Shown piece after piece: positions 50,186-60,614 of a stretch of 64,000 nt of DNA. The position numbers and the translations under genes are program-made. Each line of letters starts with the position of its first letter. Positions within the stretch are counted from its first letter, which is position 1. Below the pieces are notes generated by a model. The model was not told the origin of the DNA, ran no database searches, and worked only from the letters and a program-made list of their open reading frames with translations. Source of the DNA: Candidatus Marinacidobacterales bacterium (GTDB taxonomy: Bacteria; Acidobacteriota; Vicinamibacteria; Marinacidobacterales; SMYC01); assembly GCA_965237955.1 (NCBI GenBank), contig OZ250169.1, forward strand, positions 4,480,001-4,544,000, in the 5' to 3' direction.

Positions 50186-51272
50186 TGCCTTGGTGCACAA
50201 CTCCGATAGAGGCCGAGAGCTCGCTTGGCCCCGACTCCCATCATCCGATCATCTCGCTATCAGGCATCCCGAGCGCCGTCATGGTGTTGAGAATCTTGCA
50301 CCCGATCCTTGCCTCGACTCTCTGTGCCGCCAACCCTCTCGCTCGCATCGCTGAGCCCACGATAGCCTTGTAGCGATGGAACGTTGTCTCGACTTTGCTC
50401 CGTTTGCTGTAGCCCGATTCTGTGTGCCACTTTCGTTTGCCGAGCCGAGCTTGTGCTGCAATGTTGCGATTGCGCTGTCGGCTGCTCGCCGGCCCCGATG
50501 CGAGCTGGGCGCCCTTGCGCGGCGGTATCAGCACCCTCGGCGAGCAATGAGCGCTGTGATTCTCGATCGCCTCATAGACGCCGCCGGCGTCGTATGCGGT
50601 GTCAGCTCTGGCCGATGAGATGGGACTGTCGATCTGTCCGACAAGCGATGCAACCCGCGATGAATCGCGGGCTCTTTTGCTCGTCAGCTCGCCGGCGACG
50701 ACTTCGCCACTCTGCTCGTCGACACACAGATGGAGCTTGCGATAGTCCCTGCTCTTTGGTGCTCTGCGCAGCTGGCCGGCGTGGACAGCGAGACCGCTGC
50801 TGTCGATCAAGATGTGCAACGGCGTCTTCTGCTTGTCTTGGTAGAAGGGGACCTTACCCAGCTTCGCCTTGCGCCTCGAGATCGTGGTGTGATCGGGCAC
50901 ATCATTGTCTAGCTTCATCAGAGCGAACAACGATCGCAGCAATCCCTCGCTCTGCCTAGATGACAGATGAAACACCATGCCCAGGGTGACAGCCGTCTCG
51001 ATGGCGTGGTTCGAGTACTTGCGTTGACGGCCCGGTTTCCTCCTCCTCGGCCGGGGCGCGTCCCAGTTCACAAGCTTGCCGGCGGTGAGCGAGATCCAGA
51101 CGGTCAGGCTCCCACGGTTGCGTAGACCCGCCTCATATTCACGCCAATTCCTCACGCGATAGGCCTTCTTCACATACTTCCGCTGAGTGCGTTTGAAAAT
51201 GCTCATGGGGAACCTCGAATCCGTGAGTAAAGGACAATTGTGGACCGAGATCGCGAGTTGTGCACCAAGGCA
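50186..51272 (-). mobile_element. Second IS5-family copy, 1087 bp; transposase 50241..51206
   Basis: Same TIRs; near-identical to 36581..37667 (e.g. YEVG/YEAG, HRSP/HCSP). Confidence 0.93.
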
Positions 51273-51543
51273 GCACAAGCTCGGCTCGGCAAACGAAAGT
51301 GGCACACAGAATCGGGCTACAGCAAACGGAGCAAAGTCGAGACAACGTTCCATCGCTACAAGGCTATCGTGGGCTCAGCGATGCGAGCGAGAGGGTTGGC
51401 GGCACAGAGAGTCGAGGCAAGGATCGGGTGCAAGATTCTCAACACGATGACGGCGCTCGGGATGCCTGATAGCGAGATGATCGGATGATGGGAGTCGGGG
51501 CCAAGCGAGCTCTCGGCCTCTATCGGAGTTGTGCACCAAGGCA
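51270..51543 (+). mobile_element. Partial third IS5 copy (3' end and right TIR)
   Basis: AAQARLGKRKW...EMIG* plus GAGTTGTGCACCAAGGCA. Confidence 0.9.
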
Positions 51544-51896
51544 CCACGAAGACGCCGTTCTCGTATCGGATCGTATCCGCTTCCAGCTCGTGGTCTGCCC
51601 GTACGGTGATGACGCCGTCGAGACGACCCGGGAGCGATGGCTCACCCGATAGCTCCTGCGCGGCGACGATGACGAGACCCACCGTCGTCGACGTTGATGG
51701 CATTCCCGACTCCGGACACGAAGAGCTTGCTACCGTCCGCGGAGACGATCATCGTCGTATTGATCCGGCCCTGCTCGACTCTCTTCTTCTCGGTGTCTGC
51801 TAGAGCTGGTCATCTCAAAGGCCGTCTCGCGCTCCCGAAACCCGAACCCGGCTCGCTCTGGGAGCGTCTCATCGCCAACAATTGGCGCCGCGAAGG

Positions 51897-53543
51897 CTAG
51901 CTTGAATCGAGTCCCGCTGCTCGCAAGAGGTCCTCTTCGATCGCGTCGAGACGCGATTCCGCGTCGTTCCCGACCACTTCGAGATAGAACTTGAGCTTCG
52001 GCTCGGTACCGCTCGGCCTGACCGCGACGCGTCCTCCGTCCTCGAGGTCGTAGATGAGAACGTCCTCTCTCACGTGGCGCTCGACCCGCTCCGACGCGCT
52101 GTGGTCGCGCTCGTCTTCAAGGAGCAACCGCATCGCCTCTCGGATCTTAGCGGCGCCTTCAGTGCCGGTGAGCGTGAAGCTCGTCTGGCGGTTGACGTAG
52201 AAGCCGTAGCGCTCGCGCAATCGCGCGAGCTCATCCAAGAGCGTTTGTCCGCCGGCCGCGAGCCCGGCGGCCATCTCCGCGAGCAAGAGGCCAGCGCTGA
52301 TGCCGTCTTTGTCGCGGACGTCCGCTCCGATCGCGTAGCCGAGAGCTTCTTCGAAGCCGAACACGAAACGGCATCCCTCCTCTGCTTCGATGCGCATCGC
52401 TTCGTTGGTGATCCACTTGAAGCCGGTCAGCGTGTCTTCGTAGCGCACGCCGAGCTCGGAGCACATCTTCTGGACCATCCTCGACGAGACGATGGTCGAG
52501 ACGACGAGCGGTTTCTCCTCCTTGGTGCGCGACAAGATGTAGTGGGCGAGCAGGGTGCCGATCTCGTTGCCGCTCAACGCGACGTAGCGGCCGTCGCGAT
52601 CGCGCACCGCGGCACCGAGCCGGTCGGCGTCGGGATCGTTCACGAGCACGAGAGGGCAGTCGTGCTCACCCGCAAGAGCGAGAACGAGATCGAGCGCGCC
52701 TGGCTCTTCGGGATTGGGGAAGCTGACGGTGGGGAAGTCGCCGTCGGGCTCGGCTTGCTCGGGAACGGGGAACAGGTCCTGAAACCCGCGGCGCCTCATC
52801 ACCTCCAAAAACGTCGCCTGCCCGACGCCGTGAAGCGCCGAATAAGCGATGCGCATGTCGGACACGTCTATTTCCGGTGCGAGCGCGAGGGCCGCGAGAG
52901 CGTCACCGTAGGCGTTCGCGACGTGAACGGTCTCGATTCGTGGTGAGTCCTCGTGTCGAGAAATCTCGTTCGCGGAAGGTGCTGCTTCGATCGCGGTAGC
53001 GATGCCGGTATCGACCGGCGGAATGATCTGTGCGCCGTTGTCCCAATACACCTTGTAGCCGTTGTATGCCGGTGGATTGTGAGACGCGGTGATCACGATT
53101 CCGGCCGCGGCACCAAGGTGCCGCACAGCGAACGCGAGAAGTGGCGTCGGGCTCGTGCCGTCGAGCCAGTGAACGCGAACACCGAGAGCAGCCGCGACCG
53201 CGGCGGCATCTTTTTGAAACACGTCGGAGCGATGTCGACCGTCCCTCGCGATGGCAACGCCGCGAGTGGTAGCGTCGGCAACGGTGTCGAGAAGATGTCG
53301 CACGACGCCGTACGTCACCCGGATCACCAGGCTTCGGTTCATGCGGCTCTCGCCGGCACCGAGCACTCCACGAATTCCGGCCGTGCCGAACGTCGGTATA
53401 CCGGAGAAGCGGCTTTCGAGCTCGGTGAACGATCCGTTCTCGATCAGAGACTCGAGCTCCGCGCGGTCTTCGGCGTCGACGTCCTGACGGAGGAATTCCC
53501 GGACACGCCTTACAAGGACGTCCGGAGCGCGGTTATCGCTCAT
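51897..53543 (-). CDS. Phosphoglucomutase/phosphomannomutase
   Basis: FGTAG, ITASHNP, NDPDADR, RPSGTEPKLK. Confidence 0.95.
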   Translation of the reverse strand: MSDNRAPDVLVRRVREFLRQDVDAEDRAELESLIENGSFTELESRFSGIPTFGTAGIRGVLGAGESRMNRSLVIRVTYGVVRHLLDTVADATTRGVAIARDGRHRSDVFQKDAAAVAAALGVRVHWLDGTSPTPLLAFAVRHLGAAAGIVITASHNPPAYNGYKVYWDNGAQIIPPVDTGIATAIEAAPSANEISRHEDSPRIETVHVANAYGDALAALALAPEIDVSDMRIAYSALHGVGQATFLEVMRRRGFQDLFPVPEQAEPDGDFPTVSFPNPEEPGALDLVLALAGEHDCPLVLVNDPDADRLGAAVRDRDGRYVALSGNEIGTLLAHYILSRTKEEKPLVVSTIVSSRMVQKMCSELGVRYEDTLTGFKWITNEAMRIEAEEGCRFVFGFEEALGYAIGADVRDKDGISAGLLLAEMAAGLAAGGQTLLDELARLRERYGFYVNRQTSFTLTGTEGAAKIREAMRLLLEDERDHSASERVERHVREDVLIYDLEDGGRVAVRPSGTEPKLKFYLEVVGNDAESRLDAIEEDLLRAAGLDSS

Positions 53544-54792
53544 CGAGCTCGACGACGGCGCGGTAGAGCACCTCGACGCCGCGGGCGCAGTCGTCCCAGT
53601 CGGTCCATTCGTCCGGGTTGTGGCTGACGCCGTCTTTGCTGCGAACGAAGATCATAGCGGTGGGTATGCCGTGGCGTGCGACGTTTTGTGCGTCGTGTCC
53701 GGCTCCGCTCGGGAGCCTGAGCGTGTCGAGTCCGAGCTCTCGAGCGACGCGGTCGATATGATCCTGAAGACCCGTATCGGTCGGCGCCGGTCCTTCGGAG
53801 GCGAACGGCTCGATGGTGATACGGGTTCGATCGGTTTTGCCGATGGCGTTCGCGCGATCCCGAATGCGCTCGAGCACGTCGGTGACGACGAGCGGGTTGA
53901 CATCGCGAAGCTCGATCGGGAGCTTTACTTTTCCGGGAACGACGTTGGGCGCGCCCGGAAAAGCGCGGAGCAGACCGACGTTTCCGACCTGTCTACCCGG
54001 CTTCGCCATCACCTCTTCGCGCACGGCTTGGGTCAGCTTCGCCGCCGATACCATCGCGTCGCGTCGCTCCCTCATCGGCGTCGTGCCCGCATGGTTTGCG
54101 TACCCATCGATGGTGGCTTCGAAGCGGTAAATGCCGACGATGCCTTCGACGATTCCGATCGGGACTTCGCCTCGATACAGGTACGGACCTTGCTCGATGT
54201 GAAGCTCGAAGTACGCAGCGACGTCCCGGGGATCGATCACCGCGCGGTCGATGTCGCGAGGACGCTGGCCGTAGCGCTCGAGCCACTCGGAGAGACTCAA
54301 CCCGTCGTCGCCGGTGAGGTCGAGCTCGCCCCGCTTCGGACCGGCGGTGGCAGCGCGACTTCCAAAGAGACCCTGGCCGAAGTGCACACCTTCTTCGTCG
54401 GCCCAGATCACCATCGCGAGTGGATGACGCGTCTCGCGATTTTCCGCTCTCAGCGTCGTCAGGACTTCGAGCGCACCCAGGCTTCCGAGCGTTCCGTCGA
54501 AGATCCCACCCTCAGGCACCGAGTCGATGTGGGAGCCGAAGAGAATGACAGGAAGGTCGGGCTCAATGCCTGTGCGGCGTCCATGAATGTTGGCGGCGGC
54601 ATCGACCCAAACCTCGAGCGCGGCGTCTCGCATCTTGGCGACCACCCAGGCGCGGGCGTTCACGTCGGCTTCGGAGAACCCGAGCCGGGAGATTCCGCGC
54701 TCGGGGTTTTTCCCAAACGCGGAAATCTCGGTGAGTCGATCTTTCAGTCGGTTGGAATCGATGTGAAAGCGACTCCCATTAGCGGTCTTCAT
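53533..54792 (-). CDS. Zn-dependent hydrolase, allantoate amidohydrolase/N-carbamoylase (M20) family
   Basis: GSHIDSV, DEEG, ELHIEQGP, HAGTTPM, SGAGHDA. Confidence 0.92.
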   Translation of the reverse strand: MKTANGSRFHIDSNRLKDRLTEISAFGKNPERGISRLGFSEADVNARAWVVAKMRDAALEVWVDAAANIHGRRTGIEPDLPVILFGSHIDSVPEGGIFDGTLGSLGALEVLTTLRAENRETRHPLAMVIWADEEGVHFGQGLFGSRAATAGPKRGELDLTGDDGLSLSEWLERYGQRPRDIDRAVIDPRDVAAYFELHIEQGPYLYRGEVPIGIVEGIVGIYRFEATIDGYANHAGTTPMRERRDAMVSAAKLTQAVREEVMAKPGRQVGNVGLLRAFPGAPNVVPGKVKLPIELRDVNPLVVTDVLERIRDRANAIGKTDRTRITIEPFASEGPAPTDTGLQDHIDRVARELGLDTLRLPSGAGHDAQNVARHGIPTAMIFVRSKDGVSHNPDEWTDWDDCARGVEVLYRAVVELDER

Positions 54793-56419
54793 TGGTCGCG
54801 GTCGAGAGATAGTGCTCCGCCTCCTCGCGTCCGGGGAGATCCGGTCCAGCGCCTCCGAGGTTCACGAGAGCGCTGTAGAGCTCCACCGCGAGCTCGGTGT
54901 CGCCGGTCTTGTCGGCGGCCCGTGCACCGCCCAGAAGCGACCGTGCGCGATTCGGTGTGCGGAGGAGCGAGACTTCGTACTGCGCGAGCGCCGCCTCGGC
55001 CTTGCCGTTTGCCAGCAGCATTTCGCCGTAGAGCTCGTGCGGCGGCTTCACCGGTGTATCCGCCGCGTGTTCCCCTGGGGGTCCGGACGGCGGCTGCATT
55101 GTTTCGGCGATCCTGACGGCTTCGCTCATGAGATTGATAGCGTCGGTGTGCCGATCTTCGGCCTGGGCGAGGACCGCGGCGGCTTCCAGCCAGCTGATCT
55201 CGACCTGCTTGCGGCCGTTCGCGTCGGCTTCCATTTTCATGGTGAGATCTTTGAGGCCGTCTCGCGTTTTCACGGCGCTCTCGATATCACCTTTTCGGGC
55301 CGCGCTCATTCCGTTCGCGAGCAGGACCGCGGCGGCGGCGCCCTCGTCGAGCTCTCCGCTTCCCCGAATCTGAGCGAGGACGGTATCGATGTCCTGCACG
55401 TTCCACTGTTCGCTTTCGGCGATCTGGAGCGACTCCATGCGCATGACGGTATTGGCGATGCGTCGGGACGCGTCGTCACGGCTCGCGATGGATTTGATCT
55501 CGTCGATACATTCCTGAGCTTTCGCGTACTCGCCCTGTTGGAGGTAGGCGTATTGGAGCCAGTAGAGCGCATGCCAGGAGTGGCGCGTCGGTGAGAGTCC
55601 CTTCCGTTTCGCGCGCGCCACCGACGCGTTGTACGACTCGTCGTTCCTCTCTACGACATGGTCCCACATGCCGTGCTGCACGAAAATGTGGGCCGGCATG
55701 TGCAGGGCGTGCACTGCCGCGGGAGCGATCTCCGAATACTTGTGCGCCGCATAGAGCGCGATGGGAGCATGAATCGGATCGTCGTACGCGTGGATGACGT
55801 AGTGCGCGGCGCCAGGATGGTCCGGGTTCGCGCGGTACACCATCTGCGCGATCGCGCCAGACTGCATGTCTGTGCGAATGCTGTCCTCGCCCCTCACTTT
55901 GGTCCGCATCAGAGCGAGCGCGTACAGCGTTGCGGCTTCGTGATCTTTGGGATAATCCTTCCAGAGCTTGGCCATCCTGTCGGAGTACGCGAGCGTGCGC
56001 TCCTCAGGCGAGCCCGCCCCGTACAGGAGCTCGACCGCTTCGAGGTAGCCTCGCTCGCGGTCGTTCGCTGCTTTGTCGAGCCGCTCTTTCTTGGCGCGCC
56101 CGAGTTTCTGGAGTGCGGCGCGACCCGCAGGGACGTCCGTGGAGCTCGCGGAAAAGTGATGGCCTTGGTAGTGGCTCAGCGCTTCGCCCCAATAGGCGAG
56201 GTAGAAATCCCGATCGATTTCCTGCGCTTCTTGAAACAACTCGATCGCGTCTTCCCACCCGAAGCTATGCATCATGCGCACGCCGTTCAAGAAATCGCGT
56301 TGCGCTTCGGCCTTGCCGGAATTCGGGAAGTCGATTTTCCCGAGGACATCCTCTTGGGCGTAGCCGGTACACGCTACAGCCACGACCAGTACCAGGGCTA
56401 CGAGCCACGCCTTTTTCAT
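54779..56419 (-). CDS. Secreted TPR-rich protein
   Basis: Signal peptide MKKAWLVALV; HPGAAHYVIHAYD, HALHMPAHIF. Confidence 0.8.
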   Translation of the reverse strand: MKKAWLVALVLVVAVACTGYAQEDVLGKIDFPNSGKAEAQRDFLNGVRMMHSFGWEDAIELFQEAQEIDRDFYLAYWGEALSHYQGHHFSASSTDVPAGRAALQKLGRAKKERLDKAANDRERGYLEAVELLYGAGSPEERTLAYSDRMAKLWKDYPKDHEAATLYALALMRTKVRGEDSIRTDMQSGAIAQMVYRANPDHPGAAHYVIHAYDDPIHAPIALYAAHKYSEIAPAAVHALHMPAHIFVQHGMWDHVVERNDESYNASVARAKRKGLSPTRHSWHALYWLQYAYLQQGEYAKAQECIDEIKSIASRDDASRRIANTVMRMESLQIAESEQWNVQDIDTVLAQIRGSGELDEGAAAAVLLANGMSAARKGDIESAVKTRDGLKDLTMKMEADANGRKQVEISWLEAAAVLAQAEDRHTDAINLMSEAVRIAETMQPPSGPPGEHAADTPVKPPHELYGEMLLANGKAEAALAQYEVSLLRTPNRARSLLGGARAADKTGDTELAVELYSALVNLGGAGPDLPGREEAEHYLSTATNEDR

Positions 56420-56471
56420 ATTGCTGCCTCCTTCCAAACGATGAGTTTTACCAGACGTGGACGTCAACGCG

Positions 56472-57182
56472 CTAGTGTGACAGTATCTGCGCCACGTAGG
56501 CGACAGCGACGCCGGTCAACGAGAGTACGGGAACCGCGAGCGACGGCTTTTCCCGGCGAGCCTCGGGTAAGAGCCGGTTGGCCCCGAGGTAGAGAAACAT
56601 CCCCGCAAACCACGCCAAGAACAGCGCGAGAATGGACGTCGGTAGAACGAGAAACGACTGCGCAACGACACCGAGCAAGGGTGCCACGGCCGTGATCACG
56701 AGCATCGTCGTGGTTTCGCGAACGTTGTGCTCGGTTCCGAGCATCACCCCGACAGCGCTGACGCCATCGGCGAGCTTGTGCAAGAGCACGGCGGCCGCGA
56801 GCGCCACGCCAATGTCTTCGCCGGCACGGAACCCCTGTCCGATGACGACCCCGTCCAGGAAACTGTGCGTCGCGAGCCCTATCGCACCGCCGAGCCCCGC
56901 GATCCGCGCCGACCGCGTGCCGTGCGCGCCACGCTCGAACAAATAGAAGAACAGAAAGCCGAGCGCGCACGCGAGCCAAACCAGATCCGGCGAAAGCCGG
57001 CTGTCGCTTTGTTCGAGCAGTTGGCGTGCGTCGGGGAGTAGCAAAATGATAGCACCCCCGATCAGCGCCCCCGAGCAGAACGCGAACACCAAGGGTCGGT
57101 GATTTCTCAAATAGAGCGCGCCGAGACCGCTCACCAGTGTCACAACGAACGCGGCGACGGAGACGTAAATGACTGTGCTCAA
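56472..57182 (-). CDS. ZIP-family metal transporter
   Basis: HSFLDG and LHKLADG motifs; multiple TMs. Confidence 0.85.
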   Translation of the reverse strand: MSTVIYVSVAAFVVTLVSGLGALYLRNHRPLVFAFCSGALIGGAIILLLPDARQLLEQSDSRLSPDLVWLACALGFLFFYLFERGAHGTRSARIAGLGGAIGLATHSFLDGVVIGQGFRAGEDIGVALAAAVLLHKLADGVSAVGVMLGTEHNVRETTTMLVITAVAPLLGVVAQSFLVLPTSILALFLAWFAGMFLYLGANRLLPEARREKPSLAVPVLSLTGVAVAYVAQILSH

Positions 57183-57256
57183 AACATTTCTCGATAGGAC
57201 GGACCAGACGTAATTCTAGCGCGGGGGTGCCCGTCATTGCGTATAGAAAAACGTTC

Positions 57257-57285
57257 TTGACAGGATAGCCAAGCGCGAGTAAGCT
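57257..57285 (+). promoter_or_regulatory. sigma70-type promoter TTGACA-N17-TAAGCT with no downstream CDS
   Basis: Read directly. Confidence 0.6.
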
Positions 57286-57291
57286 TCGCCC

Positions 57292-57483
57292 ATCAGTCAA
57301 AAGGCGATCATAGACGGCCACGGCTGACCCAGGTGCCCTTAGAATGCGAGGTGAGGGTGGAGCTGGGTGAGGGTAGCCGTTCTCTAAAGATATAATCCGA
57401 GGGGGAGAAATCGGAGAGGCGGTACCTTATCCCGGTTGGGACTTCATCCTCACCTCATCAAAAGTTCCTCGCTAACTGACTGT
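57292..57483 (+). ncRNA. Candidate structured small RNA, about 190 nt, rod-like
   Basis: Upstream promoter; end pairing CAGTCA/TGACTG; long stem GAGGTGAGGGTGGAG/CTTCATCCTCACCTC with further inner pairing. Confidence 0.5.
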
Positions 57484-57509
57484 AGACAACACCTTCCGCT
57501 TGCCGTGCT

Positions 57510-58274
57510 TCACAATTTCAAATGGTTCTTCAATCGGCGCGTGTGGGACCGCGACACCGGGATTTCGGTTTCGGCTCGGTCGGTCATCTTCAGCTGGATA
57601 GTCCGGTTGAACCAGGGGATCACTTCTTTGATGCGTTGTAGGTTGACGATGTACGAGCGATGGACTCGCCAGAATACGGCGGGGTCCAACGTTGCCGACA
57701 ACTCCTCGAGCGTACGCACGTTCGATGTGCCGGTGACACGATCGGTCGTGAGGGTCACGACGCCGTCCTCGACTCTCGCATAAATGACATCCTGCGAGTG
57801 GACGAGCATGAAGCGATCGGCCACCTTCACCACGAGCTGCTTGGGAGCGCTCTCACGCTCGAGCGCTCCCAACAGCTTTTCGAGCTGGCTCTTGATGGGG
57901 CTATGGTCAGCGCCCCGGGAAGACGTGCGCGAGATCGCTTCTTTCAGCCGCGCCTTCTCCACCGGCTTCAACAGGTAGTCGACCGCGTTCACCTCGAAAG
58001 CTTTGATCGCGTACCGATCGTAGGCGGTCACGAAAATGAACTGCGGCACTTTGGCGCGTCCTATGAGCTCACGCACCACTTGGAAACCGTCGAGCCCAGG
58101 CATTTGGATGTCGAGAAACAGCAGCTCCGGAGACAACCGCTCCACCAGCTCGACGGCTTCGAGACCGTTCGACGCTTGCCCGACGACTTCGATATCTGGA
58201 ACCGATTCCAAAAGGAAACAGAGCTCGTCACGAGCGAGCTGCTCGTCGTCGACAACGAGAGCGCGCAACGACAC
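57510..58274 (-). CDS. LytTR-family response regulator
   Basis: VVDDE, FLDIQMP, DYLLKP; FWRVHRSYIVN, IPVSR. Confidence 0.95.
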   Translation of the reverse strand: MSLRALVVDDEQLARDELCFLLESVPDIEVVGQASNGLEAVELVERLSPELLFLDIQMPGLDGFQVVRELIGRAKVPQFIFVTAYDRYAIKAFEVNAVDYLLKPVEKARLKEAISRTSSRGADHSPIKSQLEKLLGALERESAPKQLVVKVADRFMLVHSQDVIYARVEDGVVTLTTDRVTGTSNVRTLEELSATLDPAVFWRVHRSYIVNLQRIKEVIPWFNRTIQLKMTDRAETEIPVSRSHTRRLKNHLKL

Positions 58275-58276
58275 AA

Positions 58277-59596
58277 CTAACTCGCTCGAAGGTAGGAGAT
58301 GTCGATGTCGGGGATTTCTACCCGGGCGATGGTTCCGCGATTGGGCTCGCTCGTCAGCTCGAGCTTGCACTGATCACCGTAGATTACTTTGAGGCGCTCG
58401 CCGACGTTGCTGAGCCCGATCCCGTGGCCGTCGTCCGCTTTCTCGCCGGAGGCACCGGAGAGGCCGCTCCCGTTGTCCTGGATCTCGATGATGACGCTTC
58501 CGATGCCTCGTTGCGCACGGATGACGATGCGACCGCCCTCGAGGCGCGACGAAATGCCGTGTTTCACCGCGTTCTCGACGAGTGGCTGGATGATCATCGA
58601 CGGCACGTACGTCTTCAGCGTATCTTCTTCGACTTCCTTCTCCACCACGAGTTTCCCCGCGCCGAATCGCACCGCCTCGATATCCAGGTAGGAGTCGATG
58701 AACTCGAGCTCTTCCTTCAAGGGGATGAAGTGCTCTTGTTCCTGGAGTAGCTTCCGCAAGATGGACGACAGCTTGCGGATCAAACGACGGGCGACGTCGG
58801 GATCGGTACGGGTTGCCGAGGCAATCGAGTTCAAGGTGTTGAACAGGAAGTGTGGGTTGATTTGACTCGAAAGGGCCTGGAGTCGTGCGCGGACCACGAG
58901 CACTTCTTGCTCGGCAAGCTTGCGCTCGAGGCGAACGTTGTTCCAGATCTTGAGAGGTATGCCGAGGGCCGCGAGGGTGCTGATGTAGATCGCGAGCAGC
59001 ACCCACGGGTTTTGTGACGACAAATGGAACACGAGGCCGGGAGCGAGCTCCACGCCGATGAAGATACGGAGCGATTCGAGTCCCACCGTCACCGCGAAAA
59101 TCACGATCTGCCAGTCGAAGATTCGGTCGCGGATCGCGGTCTTTCCGATCCGGTAGAGGTTCAGAAAGATGAGCGGCGAGAAGCTCCAGATGTCCTCTTT
59201 GCGACAAAGCTCACGAACGATTCCACCGCTCACGCCGTAGAGAACGCCGAGCGGGAGTGCGAGCAGCTCCCCGTTGAACGCGGCGGGGGCGCCCACCATG
59301 AGACCGACCGCAGCGCCGGTGAGTGGGCCGGCGAGAAGCCCGACCAGAATCGTACCCGAGAGTGAAAGATCGGCCGCGTCGTAGTTCAGCAACAACCGCA
59401 CGATGACGCCCGAGGAGAGAAGCATGCCGGACAGCAGCGCGAAGATGAGCTTTTCCTTCAGGGACAGCTCTTCTCTGTAGAGCAGGCGCTTGAAGGCGCC
59501 GAAACGGATGAGCAGGCTCGCGATCGAGGCCATGACCACGAGCTTCACGAGGATCGTGACCATCACGAACTGGTCCGGCGATAACGTCTTTTCCAT
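58277..59596 (-). CDS. LytS-family sensor histidine kinase
   Basis: SQINPHFLFNTLN, QPLVENAVKHG, GIGLSNV; multiple TMs. Confidence 0.95.
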   Translation of the reverse strand: MEKTLSPDQFVMVTILVKLVVMASIASLLIRFGAFKRLLYREELSLKEKLIFALLSGMLLSSGVIVRLLLNYDAADLSLSGTILVGLLAGPLTGAAVGLMVGAPAAFNGELLALPLGVLYGVSGGIVRELCRKEDIWSFSPLIFLNLYRIGKTAIRDRIFDWQIVIFAVTVGLESLRIFIGVELAPGLVFHLSSQNPWVLLAIYISTLAALGIPLKIWNNVRLERKLAEQEVLVVRARLQALSSQINPHFLFNTLNSIASATRTDPDVARRLIRKLSSILRKLLQEQEHFIPLKEELEFIDSYLDIEAVRFGAGKLVVEKEVEEDTLKTYVPSMIIQPLVENAVKHGISSRLEGGRIVIRAQRGIGSVIIEIQDNGSGLSGASGEKADDGHGIGLSNVGERLKVIYGDQCKLELTSEPNRGTIARVEIPDIDISYLRAS

Positions 59597-59686
59597 TGCT
59601 TAGGAGAAAACTAGCACGATCCGGCTGCCAGCTACCAGTCAGCGGTGGTTCGCAACTGGGCTATCCGCGGATAGCGGGTAGCGACA

Positions 59687-60583
59687 TCATCTGCCTGGTG
59701 AAGCCTTCAGCTCCAAGACGAGTCGGCCTTTCTTTCCCCGCGCCTCCGGGAAGCGCCAAGCCTCCGCTTCTCCAAGAATTCTCGAATTCACTTCGGGGAT
59801 CGACGAGCGCACGATCTTCACGTCGGTCGGGGTGCCTGCATCATTGATGTCGAGCTCGAGCTCGATGGTGCCGACGAGATCGATACCGAGCGTGCTTTCG
59901 AGGTCCGGGATGGTGGCGTCGTCGGGAAGGTTCAACTGGACGGCATCGGCGGGCGCAGGCGCTCCTCCGGCGCGGCGAAGCGACAGTGCCACGACGAGAA
60001 ACGTCGTGAAATCGCGCAGCTTGTCGTAGAGCTCGCCACGGTGATCACGATCGCTGTAGTCTCGAAAATGCGACAAATACTCGCTCGCTGACATCTCCAG
60101 ATCACGACTGCTCCACACGTACGTCTGTCCCACGCGGAGCTCGATGGTCTGGCGGAAGGACCGTTGGGACTCGGAGCGCCGCAGCAACTCACCATCGACG
60201 GTAGCGGTGAACACCCCCTCGGCGGCGAACTCGGAAAGATCCAGCGAGAGTCTCAGCTTGCGGGAGCGTTTTTCGAGCTCGAGCTCCGCCGTCGTCGGTG
60301 AGTCGACCGTGAGCGTCTCGAAGGCGAGCGTTGCCAGGAACGAGTCCGCCGCCTCGTGCGCTATGGTTGCCAGCCACTCACGCTCGGTGACACCCTGGCC
60401 GTCGGTATTGACGAAAAAGTGCAGCCCTTCCATCGCTTTGAAGTCAGGCGTCTTGCTGCGCGCCTCAAGAACCCGAATATCTATTACGAGATCGTTGGGG
60501 ATGTCCTCGAACGCCAGGGCGCGACCCCCCGTCGGTAGAGCGACGAGCAACACAGCAACCGAGCGTAAGGTCTGCGACAGCAT
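59687..60583 (-). CDS. Secreted hypothetical protein with TonB-C-like C-terminus
   Basis: Signal peptide; GTIELELDINDAG..TDVKIVRS...AWRFPEA. Confidence 0.6.
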   Translation of the reverse strand: MLSQTLRSVAVLLVALPTGGRALAFEDIPNDLVIDIRVLEARSKTPDFKAMEGLHFFVNTDGQGVTEREWLATIAHEAADSFLATLAFETLTVDSPTTAELELEKRSRKLRLSLDLSEFAAEGVFTATVDGELLRRSESQRSFRQTIELRVGQTYVWSSRDLEMSASEYLSHFRDYSDRDHRGELYDKLRDFTTFLVVALSLRRAGGAPAPADAVQLNLPDDATIPDLESTLGIDLVGTIELELDINDAGTPTDVKIVRSSIPEVNSRILGEAEAWRFPEARGKKGRLVLELKASPGR

Positions 60584-60614
60584 TTCGATTCCTCTTAAGG
60601 GCTTTTTTGGGCCC

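Noticed and set aside
53620-55116. Long antisense ORFs (also 25429..26787, 31594..32844, 60144..61355 and similar)
   Set aside because: Shadow frames of well-supported genes in high-GC DNA, with no recognisable motifs
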